Under the pieces are notes generated by a model that saw only the letters and a program-made list of their open reading frames with translations, was not told the origin of the DNA and did not search any database. The translations under genes and the position numbers were made by a program. Positions 58,418 through 64,000 of a stretch of 64,000 nt of DNA are shown here, one piece after another. Numbering within the stretch: position 1 is the stretch's first letter; each line of letters begins with the position of its first letter. The DNA is taken from contig JAPMXV010000045.1 in the NCBI GenBank assembly GCA_026936335.1, forward strand, positions 310,001-374,000, in the 5' to 3' direction. This stretch comes from Mantamonas sphyraenae STR306 (taxonomy: Eukaryota; Protista; CRuMs).

Positions 58418-60925
58418 ATGGACGCACCAGGATTGTTGTCCGGATCTGGGGTCGATTCGATTGGGGCAAGCGCACTGCAGGACCAGCTGGAGGAGCACCG
58501 TGCGGCGCAGAGGAGTTGGAGTCGAACGGAGCACGAACACGCGCTGAACGATCTGCGACGGCGGCACGAGGAGGAAGTGGCGGAGTGGAAGCGCAAGGTG
58601 GATGAGACACAACGCAAGGCACGCAACAAGGAAAGCCAGCTGCGTACGGCGCTGGAGGCAGCGGAGGAGGAGAGTGAAGCGATTGGGCGCCAAGCTGCAC
58701 AACGACAAGCTGCGCTGGCTGAGAGCCAGGCGGAACTGGAACGATGGACAAACGAGGCACAGGTGTACAAACGACGAGCAAGTGCAGCAGAGGCGGCGCA
58801 GACACGCAACAACGAACGGTGGGAGCGGGAGGTGGAGGAGTTGCAGGGGGAGTTGGAACAGTGCGAAGATCGAGCAGAACGCGCCACACAGGACAATGGA
58901 CGGCTGCAGAGGCAAGTGGACGAGGCACAAGCGATGCAGGCTCAACTGAGGGGCGAATTGGAACAGATGCGACGTGAGGTGCGAGCGCAGCAGGCGACAA
59001 GTGAGGAACGAAGACTGGAGGCACAAACGGCAAGCGATCAGTGCCGCTTGTTGGAACAGGAACGCAACAGTCTGGCGGAGCAACTGATGGAACAGCGCAC
59101 AGAGACTCGGAGGGTGCAGGCAGAGGCCAACAGAGCGACACAGGGGCTGGAGGCGGGCCAACAAAGGATTCGTCAACTGGAAGGAGAGCTGGCCAGCAGG
59201 CAGCATGAGGCCAAACAGGCAATGGAGGCACAGAAACAGGCGGAACGGAGTGCCAAGAGCAGACAAGCCAAATTGGATCAGCTGTCCAAGGAACTGGAGG
59301 CGTGTCGGGTGGCGCTTGGAGATAGGGAGGCCGAAGCCAAGGCCCAGGAGCGGCGGGCGGAGGAGGAAGCGGCAGCAAGGGAACATACAGAGCAAAAGAT
59401 GGCAGAGAGGCAACGAGGGTGGGAGGAGCAGGAGAGGGAGTGGGAAAGGAGGCTGGCAGAGGGCGAAAGCAGCCTGCGATTGTGTCGCAAAGAGACACAG
59501 GAGTTGCAGAACGAAGTGGGACGGCTGAGGAGTGAAGGGAGCAGTGCGCAGCAGGATGGTGACCGGGCAAGAGTGGCATTGAAGGAACAGAGTGTGGAAT
59601 ACGTGCGCGTAGAGGCAGAACGGGACCAACTGCGGGAACAGGTGGCACACGAACGCACGGTGGCACGAAGGCAGGCAAGCAATCTGCAATCGGAACGCGA
59701 GCAGCTGGAAGCAAACAACAGCGAACTGCGCGTTCGTGTAGACAGGCTTCAGGAACAAGTGCAGGTGCTGGAGGGACGTCTGCACCTGATCACCCATCAG
59801 GAGGAGACTGTGCGCAAGGCACACAGCGAGCTGCAGAGTGTGCACCAGCAGGAGAGTGCGACATGGCATGCGCGAGAGCTGCAACTGCAAATGGAGGTGG
59901 ATGACGGAAGAGCGGCGGTGGAACAACTGGCAAGGGAGCTGCAATCGATGGCCGGGCACGTGGCCTCGGCAGAGGAGCAGATGCAACGCATGGGGGACAA
60001 GCTGCAACAGGGACATCACAGCCACCAACGCATTGTCGTGGACCACGAAGAGTACCGTGCGGGCGTGTCACAACACGTGGCGAGGCTGCAGAGCGAGAAC
60101 AAGGCGCTGCACGAGGAGGCACAAAGCACTCGGGCACAGGTGAGCCAACTGGGGGAAGAAAACAAGGAGCTGCGTGGGGAATTGGGCATGTTGTCGGAAC
60201 ACTTGCGCAAACAGCATGCAGCCCTGGCATCGCTACAGACGGAGCATACGCTGTTGCAACGACACGCAGGGGAACTCAAGAGCAAGCTGGATGCAGAGAT
60301 GCAGCTGCGCCAGGCGGCCGAGAGCCAGCTGAGCAACGTGGAACGATCGACAGGGACGGCACACAAGGAACTGCGTACCGACTATGCGCGTGTGCAACGC
60401 ATGCTGCAGCAGGAGCAAGAGTCAAACAGGGAGCTAAGCAGCGAGGTCGCTCGGTTGACCAGCGCCGTGCGGGACATGGAAACTCGCTTGGAGCGGGCTC
60501 GTGACACACAAGCCAGCGAGGTGGCACAGCTGCGAACACGGCTGAACGAGGTGACACTGGCGGCAGATGCAGCCGCACAGGCGCGAGATCAGGCCGAAAG
60601 CACTCTTGCGTCGTGTCAGCAAGAGATGGAGAGCCAGCGGGTGGAGTTGGCAGAGACGCGAGCCTTGCATGTACAATTAGTGGAAGAGTCACGTGTGCGA
60701 CAGTTGGATCTCGAGGAACGGGAGCAGGAGAGCAATCTGCTGCGGGAACGACGGGAAGAGGCAGAACGCCAGCTGCTTCGCACTCGCAACGAGGCACAGC
60801 GTCTCGCGCGACAGGTCGAGCAGCTGTCCAATCAGCTCGGCGCCTGCAAGGACCAACTGCACGAAGCTGTGGAGGAGAACAGGCAGCTGGCCATCGCACT
60901 GCAAGACCTGTTGGGGCGACGCTGA
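58418..60925 (+). CDS. Long coiled-coil protein (possibly basal-body or cytoskeletal)
   Basis: 835 aa, E/Q/R/L/A-rich heptads, almost no Pro; intronless. Confidence 0.85.
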   Translation: MDAPGLLSGSGVDSIGASALQDQLEEHRAAQRSWSRTEHEHALNDLRRRHEEEVAEWKRKVDETQRKARNKESQLRTALEAAEEESEAIGRQAAQRQAALAESQAELERWTNEAQVYKRRASAAEAAQTRNNERWEREVEELQGELEQCEDRAERATQDNGRLQRQVDEAQAMQAQLRGELEQMRREVRAQQATSEERRLEAQTASDQCRLLEQERNSLAEQLMEQRTETRRVQAEANRATQGLEAGQQRIRQLEGELASRQHEAKQAMEAQKQAERSAKSRQAKLDQLSKELEACRVALGDREAEAKAQERRAEEEAAAREHTEQKMAERQRGWEEQEREWERRLAEGESSLRLCRKETQELQNEVGRLRSEGSSAQQDGDRARVALKEQSVEYVRVEAERDQLREQVAHERTVARRQASNLQSEREQLEANNSELRVRVDRLQEQVQVLEGRLHLITHQEETVRKAHSELQSVHQQESATWHARELQLQMEVDDGRAAVEQLARELQSMAGHVASAEEQMQRMGDKLQQGHHSHQRIVVDHEEYRAGVSQHVARLQSENKALHEEAQSTRAQVSQLGEENKELRGELGMLSEHLRKQHAALASLQTEHTLLQRHAGELKSKLDAEMQLRQAAESQLSNVERSTGTAHKELRTDYARVQRMLQQEQESNRELSSEVARLTSAVRDMETRLERARDTQASEVAQLRTRLNEVTLAADAAAQARDQAESTLASCQQEMESQRVELAETRALHVQLVEESRVRQLDLEEREQESNLLRERREEAERQLLRTRNEAQRLARQVEQLSNQLGACKDQLHEAVEENRQLAIALQDLLGRR

Positions 60926-60988
60926 AGCAAAACAAAAGACCACATCGCACACGGTTTTTTCGCTCCGCTCGGCGTCCCACTGTGTCAC

Positions 60989-63604
60989 TCACCCCTCTTG
61001 CTTCACCTCTTGGTTGCCTCCGTGCTTGATCTCCTGGCCATCCTTGTTCTTGACCTTGACCAGGCCGTGGCGCTGCAGGTGATCGAGCTCGCGCAGCGAG
61101 ACAAAGCCGTCGCGGTCTGTGTCCATCATGTGCACAAACTCGTCGATCTCCTCGTTGGTAGGCGGATTCTTGACGTTCTGCATGGCCACCACAAGCTCCT
61201 CCAGAGACACCTTGCCGTCTCCATCCGAGTCGATGATGACAAGACTTTGATCCGAATCCTCGGTCTTGTTCTCCAACTGGCGTTCGATGCGGCGGAGCAG
61301 CTTGTCCAGACGCTTCTGCAGGCGCTCGCCCAGCTGTGCCTGGGCAACAGTGTCCTCGTCCTCAACCACCTGCGAGGCAGAAGCGTCGGCTACGGCCTCG
61401 GGACTAGCCTTTTCTTCGGCTACCAGCTCCTCGGCCTTGGCCAGACGCGTGGCATCCATCAACTCCTTGAGCTGCTCCCAATTATCCTTTGTGCGGTTGG
61501 AATCGCTGATGAGGCTATAGAACACCTCGCGCTCGATGTCCGCCGCGGTCTTTTCGGTCATGTCGGTGATCTGCTGTGCAATCTGCCTCAGCTTCTTGCG
61601 CTTCTCTGCTTCGTCGAGCTCAGCGCCACTGTTTTCAGCCTTGATGAGCTCCTCCTGTTCCTGCACATACTTGAGCTCCTTGCGCAGTGCCTCCGTCTTG
61701 TCGCTCTGCTGGGCGAGACGGGACTCGACCTGGGTGAGCACCTGCTCGGGGATGACCTGCAGCATGTTCTCCAGGTTGGTGCCCACGCTCAGATGCTCGG
61801 TGTTGGTCATCATAAAGGCGCGCGAGAGAATGAGGAGGGTGAGGGGCACCTTATTGACGAGGGAGAGGTCGAGCCACTCGGACAACTCGCGACGCAGCTG
61901 GAGGTCGGTCTTGCCTGCCGCACGCATGCCACGTGCACGCACGGCATCGACGAGCTCATCGTGGTCGAGGTTGTCCACGCCCTCGTGGTAGATTTCGATG
62001 TCGTCGGCCTTGAGGGAACGGAAGGCGGTGCGGAGCTGGAATTGGAGGAAGCTGTCTGTGCCGTAGGTGGGGAGGTCCATGAACATGTTCATGGCCACCA
62101 GCTGCGGGCGCGGGAAGGAACTCAGGGTCACCTCGTCCTCAAACATTTTGGAGTACTTGATGAGTTCGGTGTTGGTGACGGGGGAGCCCGAGCGCACCTT
62201 GGCCATGAACGAGCCAAAGTCCTTGGCAGTGTCTCTGTGCTTCTGCTTGTTCTCCAGATCCTTGGCCAGCTCCGAGACGGTGTTTTGCAGAAAGCGAGCC
62301 ATTTCCATGCGCACCTTGAGAAGGTTGAGCTTTTGCATCTCCTGTGCAATGCAAAATTGCGGGCGCAAAGCAAAGGGCGAGGGAGGGCGAGAGGGTCAGC
62401 CTGAATCTCGCACCACGGAGCAAGTGCTCGCACAGCCACGCAAGAGCGAGGGACGGGAACAGGCAAAGCCTGCGAGCCACAGTGACCATGCACGTCATGT
62501 ATGGCCAGGATGCGCAGGATGGGTTGGGGTGGAGGGCAGCGGGAGAAGGAAACCGCTGGCGAGCAAGGAAAGGCAAGGGAAGAAGGCACGAACCTCGGTG
62601 TCCCTGTTCCTGAACGTGCTCGGCAGCACGCGGTTGAGCAGATTGGGGAACACAGAGAGGATGAAGGGCAGCAGAAACTCCGTAGCCGGGATTAGAGCAA
62701 AGGCTGTGACGGGCACGAGCTTGAACACGTCAATGGTGGTGCGTTGCAGCTGGCGCTTCTCGCGGCGCGTGAGCGACTCGCCACGCAGCTGCTTGCTGCA
62801 ATTCGGAAGGGCGGCGGATGGGATGACGACACACACAGAGAGAGAGACAGGGAGAGGGAAAAGTGGCAAGTGCACACATGAAGAATGTGCGTCGCAGAGG
62901 CGATGCATGGGCAAACGAGTCGGGAGTCAGCGAAAAGAAAAAGCACGGCGTGCGGGCGGCTGAAGATAAAATTCTGAAACGGGAGAGCGACGACAACGGC
63001 ACACATACCGGAGAAGACGGCTGGCAATGCGCACGTCGGTGGCCAGAAGCTTAAGCCCGGTCTTGACAAACACAGCCTCGTGCTTGATGTACACCCAGGC
63101 GTCCTTGGACCACTGGACAACGCCTTTTTGGTACAGGCCAGTGCCTTGCCACTTGACAACCATCCATTCATAGAGCTTGGGCGGGTTGACGAGCATGGAG
63201 GTGGAAAAGGTGAGTTCGGAAGACTCGCCGTCCTTCTTGTCGTCCTTTTTGGCAGGAGTGGCGTCGGAGGGGCCCACCGACGTGGCAAAGGCGCGGGTGT
63301 ACACGCCCACAGGGTCGGAGGAGACACGGTGGGCCACCAGGCCGATGTGTGAGCGTGCATGGCCAGCAGCCATGTGCACACCCACACGAGACCAAGCCAC
63401 AGGGGCCACGACGGCACTGCTTTGTGGCAGACCCGTGCTGGTGACGCTGCTGTGTACGGTGTGCAGCCGCGCTGCGCTCGAGGAGTGCGGCCTAGCTGAC
63501 GCAAGCACACGCACCTGCACGGCACTTCTCGACGATGTCGACACACCGGCCGCTTCGCCGAGGCCTGTGCGTGCCAATCCACGGCACGAACGTCGCACAA
63601 ACAT
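60989..63604 (-). CDS. LETM1: LETM1 mitochondrial cation/H+ exchanger with EF-hands; exons 63009-63604, 62594-62795, 60989-62341
   Basis: GLKLL..DVR, LTRRE..QL.RT..D.FKLVP, LPSTF, RARGMR, WLDLSL..KVP..LLILSR, DSDGDGKVS, DTDRDGFVS. Confidence 0.94.
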
Positions 63605-64000
63605 CGATGTTTTTTGAACTGGGTGCCCCGAGGCAAACCTTGCGACCTTCGAATGGCTTCCAAAGTCCCACCCGCGTGTGCAGCGTCCACCATGTCCATT
63701 GCACGTCTGCATCGGCACTGCAACAGTCGGCACCTGGCGAGAAGGGCTGAAGCGCGAGCTGAGCAACAGCAAGCAAAAACAACACTTGACACCATGGGAG
63801 TGAGTGAGGACAAAGAGAGACATGGACGGATTTCACACACACATGCGCTATTGTTTTGGTGATGCCGGGCGAGGTGTGATGCAAGTCACACACAGTGCGG
63901 GTAGGGGCGAGAGGGAAAGCTGCTGCTGACGCTGGCTTTTTGATCGCCGGCGGCGTGTGCGACGAGCACAGAAGATTGCAATGACATGGAAAGCAGAAAT

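Noticed and set aside
57734-60046. 770-aa minus-strand ORF and other long antisense ORFs (17818-19404, 29625-31433, 31463-33076, 60998-62404)
   Set aside because: Shadow frames of GC-rich real genes; only the 58369-57804 part is a true MIGA exon
1-64000. Alternative genetic code or selenocysteine recoding
   Set aside because: TAA, TAG and TGA all terminate conserved proteins at expected positions; no in-frame stops within conserved domains

Overview
Eukaryotic nuclear DNA from a very gene-dense, GC-rich genome. It uses the standard genetic code and short spliceosomal introns (donors such as GTACGT, GTAAGT, GTGAGT, GTGCGT, GTTCGT, plus one probable GC-AG). The ODAD2/ARMC4-like dynein-docking gene implies a flagellated organism, probably a protist, but the species cannot be identified from sequence alone. 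About 30 protein genes are packed with spacers mostly of 14-125 nt. Main structural features: (1) a >=2.2-kb near-identical inverted repeat (1-2207 / 12246-14450), each arm carrying an HSP20 gene and a perfect heat-shock element, bracketing a 10-kb block of 6-7 genes; (2) tandem RPL36 genes with unusually long introns that share a cryptic PTC-generating 3' splice site and a hairpin; (3) two tandem multi-pass membrane paralogues resembling PHTF / 7TM ion channels (insect odorant/gustatory receptor superfamily); (4) a bacterial-style ATGA stop/start overlap and eight head-to-head gene pairs 35-123 nt apart; (5) a mitoguardin homologue with an FFAT-like motif, a RhoGAP-Rubicon-homology fusion, an N-acylated gelsolin-like protein and two bacterial-type intronless genes. 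Four conserved genes carry single-base frame breaks, most likely assembly errors. All family calls come from motif recognition by eye, with no database search.
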